Shown: positions 50,831-60,459 of the stretch, one piece after another | Layout of the letters: every line of letters starts with the position of its first letter | How positions within the stretch are numbered: position 1 is the first letter of the stretch | Assembly (NCBI GenBank): GCA_016779125.1 | Contig: JADHOF010000002.1 | Coordinates: 1-62,125, forward strand | Direction of reading: 5' to 3' | DNA: 62,125 bases | Source: Verrucomicrobiia bacterium | Lineage (GTDB): Bacteria > Verrucomicrobiota > Verrucomicrobiia > Limisphaerales > JAYPXF01 | Notes under the pieces: model-generated | Seen by the model: only the letters and a program-made list of their open reading frames with translations | Databases searched by the model: none | What the model was told of the DNA's origin: nothing | Program-made: the position numbers and the translations under genes

Positions 50831-51949
50831 TCACCGCGACTCCAGTGTGATCGATTCCCCACGGGCGCGAGCCTCGAACCAATCGCAGGCGCGGGGCAGG
50901 ATATTGTCCCAATGCAGCTCTTTGGATCGCTCCCAGCCGGCTTCGCGCCAGCGCTGATAGCAATCAGGACGGTTCACGGCCTCGGCGATCCGTTCCGCGA
51001 GGGACACCGGCGTTTCCGCCTTGGAAACGACGCCGGTGCGCTCATCCAAGGTCGATTCTGTGAGTCCGCCCACGGGATAAACCGCACCAGGCGTCCCCAT
51101 CGCGTTCGCTTCGGTGACGTTTAATCCCCATCCCTCGCGTTGCGATGTGTGCAGGATGAAATGCGCATCGCGGAGAGCCTCGTTTTTCAAATCCTCCGAC
51201 AACGGCCCCGTGAAGCGGACCTTGTCGATGATGTTCATTTCCGGCGCGAGGCGCTTGAGTCGCCCTTCCTCCTCACCTCCGCCCACCACGGTGAGACTGC
51301 TTGGAATTCCACGTTTCAACAGTTCGACCACGGTCTCCATGGCGTGATCGATTCGCTTGTTGGGGGCGAGACGCGACACCACGATCAGACGCAATGGCGT
51401 CTCGATGGACTTCTTGGGGAGGACAGGCAACGCAGCGACATCCGTCCCGTAGTTGACAATCGACACGTCCCGCACGCCGTGCCGATGGAGCAATCTGCGC
51501 GTTTCCGCTGATCCCGTAAAAAAAGGCGTGTGGCGATAAAACCAATGCGTCCACCTTTCCTGAAATCTGCCGACGGCACTGATCGGCCAAGGGTAGAAGG
51601 CTCCCCAGATGGGGCCCAACACCTCGTGAATGTATGCCACGCTCCGGGTGCCGCACCAACTCGGGGCGAACCAGGGGATTCCGTGATGCTGGTCGATGAC
51701 GAGATCGAAGGCCGGCTGCTGTCGATACCATTTCCGCGCCGCGATGATGGATGTTCCCATGCCCCCGCCACGCACCACGCGAATTCCGTCGATCGTCTCC
51801 TCCCGCGTCGCACCGTCAAAATCGTAACTGAACCAACTCACCTCATGCCCCCGACGGACCAAGGCCGCCAGATACGCGACGGAGACGCGTTCCGCGCCCC
51901 CGGCCAAGGGGTTTCGCGGATCCCGCCAGTTCAGCATCAGGAATCGCAT
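50831..51949 (-). CDS. family 4 (GT-B) glycosyltransferase
   Basis: Track ORF 50831-52438 trimmed to the ATG at 51949 (MRFLMLNWRDPRNPLAGGAERV). C-terminal E-x7-E-type block REGWGLNVTEANAMGTPGAV. Confidence 0.85.
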   Translation of the reverse strand: MRFLMLNWRDPRNPLAGGAERVSVAYLAALVRRGHEVSWFSYDFDGATREETIDGIRVVRGGGMGTSIIAARKWYRQQPAFDLVIDQHHGIPWFAPSWCGTRSVAYIHEVLGPIWGAFYPWPISAVGRFQERWTHWFYRHTPFFTGSAETRRLLHRHGVRDVSIVNYGTDVAALPVLPKKSIETPLRLIVVSRLAPNKRIDHAMETVVELLKRGIPSSLTVVGGGEEEGRLKRLAPEMNIIDKVRFTGPLSEDLKNEALRDAHFILHTSQREGWGLNVTEANAMGTPGAVYPVGGLTESTLDERTGVVSKAETPVSLAERIAEAVNRPDCYQRWREAGWERSKELHWDNILPRACDWFEARARGESITLESR

Positions 51950-52183
51950 CGCCGTCGACTCTCGCCGACTCGCGGCGGCCAGCTCAACTTTTTCCGCAGA
52001 AACGACGTCAACCACGGAGAATATCGCCGGACAAAGGCGGCCAAAGGGAAAGACTCGGACAAGAAATGTCGCACGAATTTGGGTGCAAAAGGCGATGCGG
52101 TTGATGCACGATCTCCGTTTTGATGGTCCGGCGCTCCTCGCGGAACAAACGGACCCGAAACAAAAAGAACAAGATTCAGACAT

Positions 52184-53134
<951 letters not shown>

Positions 53135-53162
53135 CCGCCGACAGAGTCCGGCCCTTTCGATG

Positions 53163-53196
53163 AAAGCCCGCGTTCGCTCAGAATGCGGGCTTTTTT
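53163..53196 (+). terminator. rho-independent terminator after the desaturase gene
   Basis: AAAGCCCGC / GCGGGCTTT stem with a 13-nt loop. The T-run extends to 53196. Confidence 0.75.
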
Positions 53197-53280
53197 ATAC
53201 CGTTGGACCTGCTACCTTGGCCGCAGTTCGAAGCGGCAGCGGATCCGCGATCCCGCCAGCCCCACCCAAAGAAGACCATC

Positions 53281-53664
53281 ATGAATATGCCAAACAGAGT
53301 CGCCCTTGTTTCCGCGCTTTCCCTCCTCATTCTGATCTGCGCCTCCGCGCGCGCCGCCTCCTACGGCAGCGCGGACGGCAAAGACATCGGCTCCTTCATG
53401 GAACGCCTGCACAAAGGCAAGGACTCGTATGCCGACAAGGCGAAGAAAGGACAGCTCACCAGCACCCAACTTCAGGCCCTGGCTAAAAACTATCGACTCA
53501 TGATGACCATGAATCCGCCAAAGAACAAAACGGCTTGGCGGAAGAGCGTCGGGGATCTCGTAAACGCAACCGCCCGCCTCGCCCGAAGCCCGAGTGACAA
53601 GGGACTCGTCGCCGCCTATGCGAAAGCGGCCGATTGCAACGCCTGCCATCAGCGCCATCGCTGA
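53281..53664 (+). CDS. exported class II (cytochrome c'/c556-like) four-helix cytochrome c candidate
   Basis: Trimmed to the ATG at 53281 (MNMPNRVALVSALSLLILICASARA). It has a single CxxCH, close to the C-terminus (..AADCNACHQRHR), as in class II cytochromes c. Confidence 0.55.
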   Translation: MNMPNRVALVSALSLLILICASARAASYGSADGKDIGSFMERLHKGKDSYADKAKKGQLTSTQLQALAKNYRLMMTMNPPKNKTAWRKSVGDLVNATARLARSPSDKGLVAAYAKAADCNACHQRHR

Positions 53665-53696
53665 GCCGGCATTTCCGCTCCGTCCGGTCTTCGTCC

Positions 53697-54458
53697 ATGA
53701 GTGACCCCAACGCAGATCAGCGCAAGGCGCGCATCGCGGAACTCGAAGTCCGCATCGAATCCATCGAGGAAACCCGACAGCAACTCCGCGACGGCCAAAA
53801 GCTCGCCTTTGGGGCGTTGATCGGAGTCGCTTCGCTGCTCATCGTCTTCGCGTGGTTCGCCGGTCAAAAACGCCTACAGGCGGAGCTGGCCACGATATCC
53901 GCCGATCTCGACGCCAAGAACGAAGTCCGCTTTACCGAGCTTCGTCAGCGATCCGAACAGCTGCGGGCCGCACAGGATCAACAGATTGATCGCAAGATCG
54001 CCGTGAAGTGGCAGGAGCTGCAGATAAAAATGGCATCCCTCAACATGGGATCCTCCACCAACTTCGCCCAGCTCAACGAGGACCTGAACCGCAAGATCGC
54101 GCTGATGGCCGAGCTCATCGAGAGCAAGCACGGCGAGGCTTTCGGGCTCACCTACTTCAATCAGGCCATCATCACGCTGAATCGGGGCCTCTACCCCGCC
54201 GCCACCGACTATTTCCTCGCCGCGACTCTCGCCTATTGGAAGGGCCAAGATGAGGGCAACGTGCAGACCTGCCTGGCCAGACTGAACCAATACTGCTTCC
54301 CCAGAATGAGACAACGCGATTTTGGCCTCCGTCCGTCAATTGACGAAAGATACGCCCTTCTTCTGGGTGAAATGGAACGGGCCAACACAGGCGGACGCTG
54401 GCAGGTGGCCATAAAGGACCTGAAACAGGCGATGGCGGACGCGAGAGCGCGCAAATAG
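53697..54458 (+). CDS. hypothetical membrane-anchored coiled-coil protein
   Basis: Trimmed to the ATG at 53697 (MSDPNADQRKARIAELEV..). One TM span (LAFGALIGVASLLIVFAWFAG), then heptad-like Q/E/R-rich sequence. I recognise no family. Confidence 0.55.
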   Translation: MSDPNADQRKARIAELEVRIESIEETRQQLRDGQKLAFGALIGVASLLIVFAWFAGQKRLQAELATISADLDAKNEVRFTELRQRSEQLRAAQDQQIDRKIAVKWQELQIKMASLNMGSSTNFAQLNEDLNRKIALMAELIESKHGEAFGLTYFNQAIITLNRGLYPAATDYFLAATLAYWKGQDEGNVQTCLARLNQYCFPRMRQRDFGLRPSIDERYALLLGEMERANTGGRWQVAIKDLKQAMADARARK

Positions 54459-54496
54459 AGGTTCCACTTACCCAAGGCCTCACCTTGGCTGGGCAC

Positions 54497-54524
54497 AAAA
54501 AAGGCGTCCCGCGGGACGCCTTTT
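54497..54524. terminator. bidirectional hairpin terminator between convergent genes (hypothetical protein and rpsT)
   Basis: AAAAAA-GGCGTC-CCGCGG-GACGCC-TTTT. The A-run and T-run flank a GC stem, so it can act on both strands. Confidence 0.7.
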
Positions 54525-54546
54525 CGAAAGTAAAAACCCGCTCCGC

Positions 54547-54810
54547 TCAAGCGCCGGTGGCAATCACCTTGGCCAGTCGGGACTTTTTGCGATTCACCGT
54601 CGAGCGGTTCAGGACGCCGTTCTTCACGGCCTTGTCGAGGGCGGACACAGTGACGCGCATCGCTTCGACGGCCCCTTCCTTGTTCCCTTCGGCGGCCACG
54701 CCGCGGAACTTTTTCTCAAGGGTGCGCACCCGGCTTTTCACACCACGGTTCCGCTCGGCTTTCGCGGCGCTGCTGCGCATGCGCTTTTCGGCTGATTTCT
54801 TGTTCGGCAT
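54547..54810 (-). CDS. rpsT: 30S ribosomal protein S20
   Basis: 87 aa: MPNKKSAEKRMRSSAAKAERNRGVKSRVRT.. A typical S20 N-terminus and size. Confidence 0.92.
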   Translation of the reverse strand: MPNKKSAEKRMRSSAAKAERNRGVKSRVRTLEKKFRGVAAEGNKEGAVEAMRVTVSALDKAVKNGVLNRSTVNRKKSRLAKVIATGA

Positions 54811-54900
54811 ATCTCAGGCGGTCTATAAAAAACTCAATAAGAGCGGCGGAAACTATCGAATCGGACCGCTTTGTCAATCACGGGTCTCAAAAAAAAGCGT

Positions 54901-55656
54901 TCATTTTGACGCACCTCGCCGGGCTGCCTTTTTCTTGGCCTTCGGGGCCGGTTCGGCCTCCTTCGCCGGCTCCGGCGTCATGTCGGCGCGCGCCACGCGG
55001 GTTTGCCCCTGCAACCACTCGGTCGCCCGATGCACCAGGGCGGACGCGTCGGGAAGCCCCAGCTTGTGTTTGATATTCTCGCGATAGGTCTCGATCGTCT
55101 TGTAACTGAGGCCCAAGGACTCCGCGATATCACGGGTCCCCTTCCCTGTTCCCAACAGGCGGAAGACCTGTATCTCCCGGTCCGAAAGCGCGTCGACCTC
55201 GGTCTTTTCGCCCTCGCGTCGGGTCTCAACCATCCGCCTCACCGCCAAGGCCGCGACACGTTTGCTGACAAAAAAGTCGCCTTCCATCAACGTGCGAATG
55301 CCGTCCAGTACGTCATTGGTCGCCCGTTCCTTCATGATGTATCCGTTGGCTCCGGCTCTCAGAGCGCGCTCGGCGTACAGTGTTTCGTCCAGCTGGGACA
55401 GGATCAGGACGGGCAATTCCTCGTGTAGCGCCCGGACGGCCTTGATCATTTCCAATCCGTCGCCGTCGCCGAGGCAGAGATCCAGCAGCAATAGATCCGG
55501 TTTCGTCGCCTCAAGCCCTTTCATTGTTCCGGAGACGTTCTCCGCCTCGCCGCAACAAATCATGTCCGGCGTGCTGTCGACCATGCTCTTGATCCCGAGC
55601 CGCAGAAACGGGTGGTCGTCGGCGATGAACACGCGGATCTTTTTTTCTTCGGACAT
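54901..55656 (-). CDS. NarL/LuxR-family response regulator with a Lys/Ala-rich C-terminal tail
   Basis: Receiver IRVFIADDHPFLR..DLCLGDGDG. LuxR HTH LSDREIQVFRLLGTGKGTRDIAESLGLSYKTIETYRENI. Tail ..AKEAEPAPKAKKKAARRGASK. Confidence 0.9.
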   Translation of the reverse strand: MSEEKKIRVFIADDHPFLRLGIKSMVDSTPDMICCGEAENVSGTMKGLEATKPDLLLLDLCLGDGDGLEMIKAVRALHEELPVLILSQLDETLYAERALRAGANGYIMKERATNDVLDGIRTLMEGDFFVSKRVAALAVRRMVETRREGEKTEVDALSDREIQVFRLLGTGKGTRDIAESLGLSYKTIETYRENIKHKLGLPDASALVHRATEWLQGQTRVARADMTPEPAKEAEPAPKAKKKAARRGASK

Positions 55657-55661
55657 GGTAG

Positions 55662-56810
55662 TTAGCTTTCTTTCTCCGCCGGAAAAACCCCGCTCGGAAC
55701 CTTGCGCGGCATCTCGTCGGCGTGGGTCACGCGATTCCGGCCGGTGAGCTTGGAGTGATACAGGGCTTCATCTGCTTCTGAAACGAATATCGCCGAATCG
55801 GCGATCTGGGGTGTCAACGTCACCACGCCGATACTCATCGTGATCGATCGCTTTTCCCATTCCTCCCCCTCGACGCTGGCGCGAATCCGCTCCGCCAGCC
55901 CCAAGGCCGCGTCGCGCGAGGTGTAGGGCAGCAACACGATGAATTCTTCCCCGCCGTATCGCCCGACGAGATCCGTGTCCCGGGTCGTGTCTTGAAGGAT
56001 GTTCGCCACCCGCCGCAACACGTCATCCCCGGCCGGATGGCCGAACGCGTCGTTGAACTGCTTGAACTTGTCGACATCCAGCATCATCAGGCTGAGCGGT
56101 ATTTCGTAGCGTCCCGCCCGGCTGAACTCCTCCCGCAGCCGATCCTTGAAAGTGCGGTGATTGACCAACCCGGTCAGGCCGTCGGTGGTCGCCAGCTCCG
56201 TCAATCTTTCGTTCGCAACGCGCAGCTGTTCCTGCTGTTCCCTCAGCTGCTGATTCCGGGAATGCAGCTCCGCCTGAGTGGCGATCAGCTGCTTGTTTTG
56301 CCGGGCCGCGCAATCATAGGTGGAAAAGAGCAGATTCACCATCTGCCGCCGTCCGGCCGTCACCTGATGAGCCTCCCCTTCCACGAACACGGCCAATGGC
56401 GCGGCGCCGGGTTCGGGCGGACCCGGAGGATGCGCCAGCAATTCGGCGACGCTTCGCAGAAGAAAGTCCCGCGTGTAGGGCTTCGTCAGGTAGTAGTCCG
56501 CCCGGGATTCCAATCCTTTCAAAATGTTCAGCGGGCTCGACAAGGTTGTCAGCAGGATCACCGGTATCGCGGACCACCGCGCGTCGGCTTTGATGGCGGC
56601 GCAGAGTTGATAGCCGTTCATTCCCGGCATATCGATGTCGGATAGGACAAGATCAACTCCCTGCCCTTCCAAAACCTTCAATGCCTCCTCGGCGTTCCGC
56701 GTGACGATCGCCTCGTAGCCGCCAAATCGAACAATGTTCCGAAGCGCCAAGGACTCGGTCGGGCTGTCCTCGACCAGCAGGATCTTGGCGGATGCGGCGG
56801 TTTCACTCAT
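55662..56810 (-). CDS. response-regulator receiver fused to a GGDEF diguanylate cyclase
   Basis: Receiver ILLVEDSPTES..DIDMPGMNG, a coiled-coil linker, and the active-site variant RYGGEEFIVLL. Confidence 0.9.
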   Translation of the reverse strand: MSETAASAKILLVEDSPTESLALRNIVRFGGYEAIVTRNAEEALKVLEGQGVDLVLSDIDMPGMNGYQLCAAIKADARWSAIPVILLTTLSSPLNILKGLESRADYYLTKPYTRDFLLRSVAELLAHPPGPPEPGAAPLAVFVEGEAHQVTAGRRQMVNLLFSTYDCAARQNKQLIATQAELHSRNQQLREQQEQLRVANERLTELATTDGLTGLVNHRTFKDRLREEFSRAGRYEIPLSLMMLDVDKFKQFNDAFGHPAGDDVLRRVANILQDTTRDTDLVGRYGGEEFIVLLPYTSRDAALGLAERIRASVEGEEWEKRSITMSIGVVTLTPQIADSAIFVSEADEALYHSKLTGRNRVTHADEMPRKVPSGVFPAEKES

Positions 56811-56818
56811 CGGCCCGG

Positions 56819-57757
56819 CTATTCCCTATAAAAGTCCAGCGTCTTGGCGAGTCCGGCGGAGAAGGACACCTCCGGTTCGTAGCCCAAACCCTCGCGGGCC
56901 GCAGTGATGTCCGCTTCGGAAAACTTGATGTCCCCGGCCCGTCCCTCGGCGTGCTTCGGCGTCAGCTCCTGGTTGGTGAGCTTGTTCAACTCCGCCGCCA
57001 GTTCCAGCAGGTTGATGCTTCCGCCGCAGCCGATGTTGAACACCCCGCCCGCGACCTTCGCCGAATCCCCCTCGGCGGCGAGCAGATTGGCGTTGACCAC
57101 GTTCTTCACGTAGACGAAATCGCGCGATTGTTTGCCGTCTCCAAAGATCGTCGGAGCGGTTCCACCCAGCATGGATGTGCAAAATTTCGCGATCACGCCG
57201 GAGTACGGCGAATTGAACGACTGTCTCGGCCCAAAGACGTTGAAGTATCGGAAGCTGACGGCTTCGAGTCCGTAAAACTGGTGAAACATGACCCCGTAAC
57301 GTTCCGCAGCGTATTTCTGCAGACCGTAGGGCGAAATCGGTCGCACGCCGTCCGTCTCCTGCTTCACCGGCTTTTCAGCATCACCGTAAACCGCCGAGGA
57401 GGAGGCGAACATGAAGCGTCGAACCCCGTAATCACGGGCCGCAACCAACATCTGCAGGGACGCGTCGAGGTTCTCCTCGTGGGTTTCCACCGGCTTCTCG
57501 ACGGAAAGCGGCACGGAAGGCTGCGCCGCCTCGTGAAAGACCCAGTCACAACCCTGCGTGAGTTTGCGGATCAGCCCGGTGTCTCTCACATCTCCCTTCA
57601 CGAACTCGAGTTGGTCACCGTTGCCCACCCAGCTCAGGTTTTTCTCGTCACCGGTGCTCAGATTGTCGAGCACGACGACCTGAGCCCCTCGGGCGCAGAG
57701 TTCTTGGGAAATGTGAGAACCGATAAAGCCGGCTCCTCCGGTGACGAATGCCTTCAT
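56819..57757 (-). CDS. NAD-dependent sugar-nucleotide epimerase/dehydratase (GalE/WbpP-like SDR)
   Basis: MKAFVTGGAGFIGSH, SSSAVYG, and YGLQK (YxxxK). Confidence 0.88.
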   Translation of the reverse strand: MKAFVTGGAGFIGSHISQELCARGAQVVVLDNLSTGDEKNLSWVGNGDQLEFVKGDVRDTGLIRKLTQGCDWVFHEAAQPSVPLSVEKPVETHEENLDASLQMLVAARDYGVRRFMFASSSAVYGDAEKPVKQETDGVRPISPYGLQKYAAERYGVMFHQFYGLEAVSFRYFNVFGPRQSFNSPYSGVIAKFCTSMLGGTAPTIFGDGKQSRDFVYVKNVVNANLLAAEGDSAKVAGGVFNIGCGGSINLLELAAELNKLTNQELTPKHAEGRAGDIKFSEADITAAREGLGYEPEVSFSAGLAKTLDFYRE

Positions 57758-57917
57758 GTGTTTTGGTTTGCGGCCGGCCTCGGAAAATTTCGCGTCCGGT
57801 GCCGGCGGTCAGGGGGCGGAAGGTTCAACAGCCCCCGCCTCTCCCGCAAGTTCAAAAACCCGCCGGAATCCGCGAAAGAAATTGCCGCCACTCGCCGCCT
57901 TTACCTACAACCCCTCC

Positions 57918-58718
57918 GTGCCTGTGCAATTCACCATCCTCGGCAGCGGCTCCACCGGCAATTGCGCCTACCTGGAGACGGACGAGGTGCGCCTGTTGAT
58001 CGACGCCGGATTCAGCGGGCGCCAGATACGCCAGAGGCTCGCCTCCATTGAGCGCGCACCGGAGCGGCTGACCGGTATCCTGATCACGCACGAACATTCC
58101 GATCACACCCAGGGCCTCAAGATCCTCGCCGCCAAACTCGGCATACCCGTCTATTGCAACCGGCTCACCCGCGAGGCGATCGAACGCCAGATTTCGCAGC
58201 CGATGGACTTTCAGGTTTTCTCCACCGGCTCCACATTCGACATAGGTGACATCTCGGTCGAGGCCTTCAGTGTGCCGCATGACGCCTACGATCCCGTCGG
58301 TTTTCTCCTCCACACCGGGTCCGGCAAGATCGGTTTCCTCACCGACCTCGGCCACGCGACCAAAATGATCGTCGAGCGCGTGCGACTCGCGAATGTCCTC
58401 GTGCTCGAAGCCAACTACGACCGTCAGCTGCTGCAGGACGACACCCGCCGCCCATGGTCCACCAAGCAGCGCATCATGAGCCGACACGGCCATCTCTCCA
58501 ACGACGGCGCCGCAGACGTGGCCGAGCAAATCGCGACCGACAACCTCCGCCACATCTTCCTCGGGCATCTCAGCTCCGACTGCAACGACCCGGAACTCGC
58601 CCGCCGCACCGTGACGGAGCGGCTCGAAAAGGCTGGAATCACCCACATATCCGTACAGACCGCCTCCCAAACCGAACCACTGCCGACCCTGACCCTCGAC
58701 GGGATTCCTACTCCATGA
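57918..58718 (+). CDS. MBL-fold metallo-hydrolase (YycJ/PhnP-like)
   Basis: FTILGSGSTGNCAYLE..LLIDAG..THEHSDH (HxHxDH). There is no in-frame ATG near the domain start. I propose GTG at 57918 or 57924, so the 5' end is uncertain. Confidence 0.8.
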   Translation: MPVQFTILGSGSTGNCAYLETDEVRLLIDAGFSGRQIRQRLASIERAPERLTGILITHEHSDHTQGLKILAAKLGIPVYCNRLTREAIERQISQPMDFQVFSTGSTFDIGDISVEAFSVPHDAYDPVGFLLHTGSGKIGFLTDLGHATKMIVERVRLANVLVLEANYDRQLLQDDTRRPWSTKQRIMSRHGHLSNDGAADVAEQIATDNLRHIFLGHLSSDCNDPELARRTVTERLEKAGITHISVQTASQTEPLPTLTLDGIPTP

Positions 58719-58990
58719 ACGACGAATCCATCACCGCGGAATCACTCATCCGGGAGCTTCGGGAAATGTCGGGCGAACGATGCCCCCATTGCGACGGCGT
58801 GGTTTCAGCGGTGGACGCCCTGAAGAGCCGGGCCTTGGGTGCCCGCCGACGACCTCGCTGTCTGGAAGGCCTGGCCCAGTATATCGGCTCCGAGGTCGAG
58901 GACCTGCAACGTCAGCTCGCCGACTATTTTTCCCAACGCGAATGTTATCAGGGCGCGCTCAACTGGGCGGAACAGCAAGACGCCGAATAG
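58715..58990 (+). CDS. small hypothetical Cys-containing protein
   Basis: 91 aa: MNDESITAESLIRELREMSGERCPHCDG.. The ATG at 58715 overlaps the MBL stop as ATGA. I recognise no family. Confidence 0.5.
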   Translation: MNDESITAESLIRELREMSGERCPHCDGVVSAVDALKSRALGARRRPRCLEGLAQYIGSEVEDLQRQLADYFSQRECYQGALNWAEQQDAE

Positions 58991-58994
58991 CTCC

Positions 58995-59810
58995 ATGCTT
59001 CACGTCCACACCATTGACGACCTCGGCCACCCCGAACTGCGCCCCTACATGTCCCTCCGCCAGGAAGCGGAGCATCGGCGACAAGGCATCTTCGCCGCCG
59101 AGGGAGCGAAGATCACCGTACGCCTGCTCGAAAGCACGCTCAGCGTCCGCTCACTGCTGCTCCCCGAACCCTGGCTTGAGAAACTGCGACCAATGCTGGA
59201 ACGGCGCACGGAGGAGATTCACGCGTTCATCGCCCAGCGGACAGAATCCGAAAAGCTGACCGGCCTCCCGATGTATCAGGGCGTCACCTCCATCGGCAAC
59301 ATTCCCGCCGCGCCCTCCATGGATGAAATCTTTGCCCAAGCCCCCGGCCCGCGCCTCTTCGTCGCCACGGACGATCTGACAGGTTCGGACAACATGGGCA
59401 CCGTGGCGCGAAACGGCGTCGCGTTCGGAGCGGATGCCATGATAGTCGGAGACACCTGTTGCAGCGCGTGGCTCCGAAAATCCGTCCGCACATCGATGGG
59501 CACACTGTTCAAGATTCCGATCCTAGAATCCGACGACCTGCCCGCCACGCTTCGAAACCTGCGCAAGTCCGGCGTCCACATCGTCGCGGCCCACGCACAC
59601 ACCGACCAGCGCCGCCTCTCCGACGTCGATCTCACCGGCGACGTCTGCATCGTCCTCGGCAGCGAGGGCAACGGCCTGCGCGAATCCGTTCTCGCCGAAT
59701 GTGACGATCACGCGCTCATTCCGATGCACAACAACGTGGATTCCCTGAACGTCGGCAGCGCCGGCTCGGTCTTCCTCTACGAAGTCGCACGCCAACGCGG
59801 ATTTGCCTGA
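58995..59810 (+). CDS. TrmH/SpoU family RNA 2'-O-methyltransferase
   Basis: Trimmed to the ATG at 58995 (MLHVHTIDDLGHPELRPY..). SpoU motifs IVLGSEGNGL and IPMHNNVDSLNVGSAGSVFLYE. Confidence 0.85.
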   Translation: MLHVHTIDDLGHPELRPYMSLRQEAEHRRQGIFAAEGAKITVRLLESTLSVRSLLLPEPWLEKLRPMLERRTEEIHAFIAQRTESEKLTGLPMYQGVTSIGNIPAAPSMDEIFAQAPGPRLFVATDDLTGSDNMGTVARNGVAFGADAMIVGDTCCSAWLRKSVRTSMGTLFKIPILESDDLPATLRNLRKSGVHIVAAHAHTDQRRLSDVDLTGDVCIVLGSEGNGLRESVLAECDDHALIPMHNNVDSLNVGSAGSVFLYEVARQRGFA

Positions 59811-59826
59811 AAGGCCAGCCTCTCCG

Positions 59827-60459
59827 ATGGACACCATCCCCGCCGACGCCCGTCTGATCGTTTTCGTGAAAGCGCCGCGCCCGGGATTCGTAAAAACCCG
59901 TCTCGCGACCACCGTCGGCCCGGAAACGGCGGCGGAAGCCTATACCGCCCTCGTCGAAACCCTCATCGCCCGCCTCGATGGACTGTCGGCAATCGAACTC
60001 AAGTTTTCACCCCTTGGCGCGGAAGCAGAAATTGAACCCTGGCTGCGCCCGCAATGGACCGCTTCCCCCCAGGCGGAAGGAGACCTGGCCGAACGCCTGA
60101 TCGGAGCCTTCAAGGACGCCTTTGACGCCGGGCATCGCCGCGTCGTGATCATCGGTTCTGACTGCCCCTACATCACGCCCGACGACCTCCGCGACGCCTT
60201 TCAACAGCTCACGAATCACGACGTCGTGCTCGGCCCCGCCAGCGACGGCGGCTATTGGTTGATCGGACTTCGACAGCCCCAGCCAACACTCTTCAAGGAC
60301 ATCGCATGGAGCACCGCAACCGTGTTTCAAGAAACCCTCGCTGCGGCCGCCGCGGCCGACCTCCGAGTCACCCGTCTGCGTGAACTCTCAGACGTCGACA
60401 CCCTCGCCGATCTGCTGCACTTCAACACATGGCAGGTCGAACACCCCACCCGTTTGTGA
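59827..60459 (+). CDS. DUF2064 / TIGR04282-like (CofC-like nucleotidyltransferase fold) protein
   Basis: ATG at 59827. ARLIVFVKAPRPGFVKTRLA.. and ..VIIGSDCPYITPDDL..VLGPASDGGYWLIG are typical of DUF2064. Confidence 0.75.
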   Translation: MDTIPADARLIVFVKAPRPGFVKTRLATTVGPETAAEAYTALVETLIARLDGLSAIELKFSPLGAEAEIEPWLRPQWTASPQAEGDLAERLIGAFKDAFDAGHRRVVIIGSDCPYITPDDLRDAFQQLTNHDVVLGPASDGGYWLIGLRQPQPTLFKDIAWSTATVFQETLAAAAAADLRVTRLRELSDVDTLADLLHFNTWQVEHPTRL

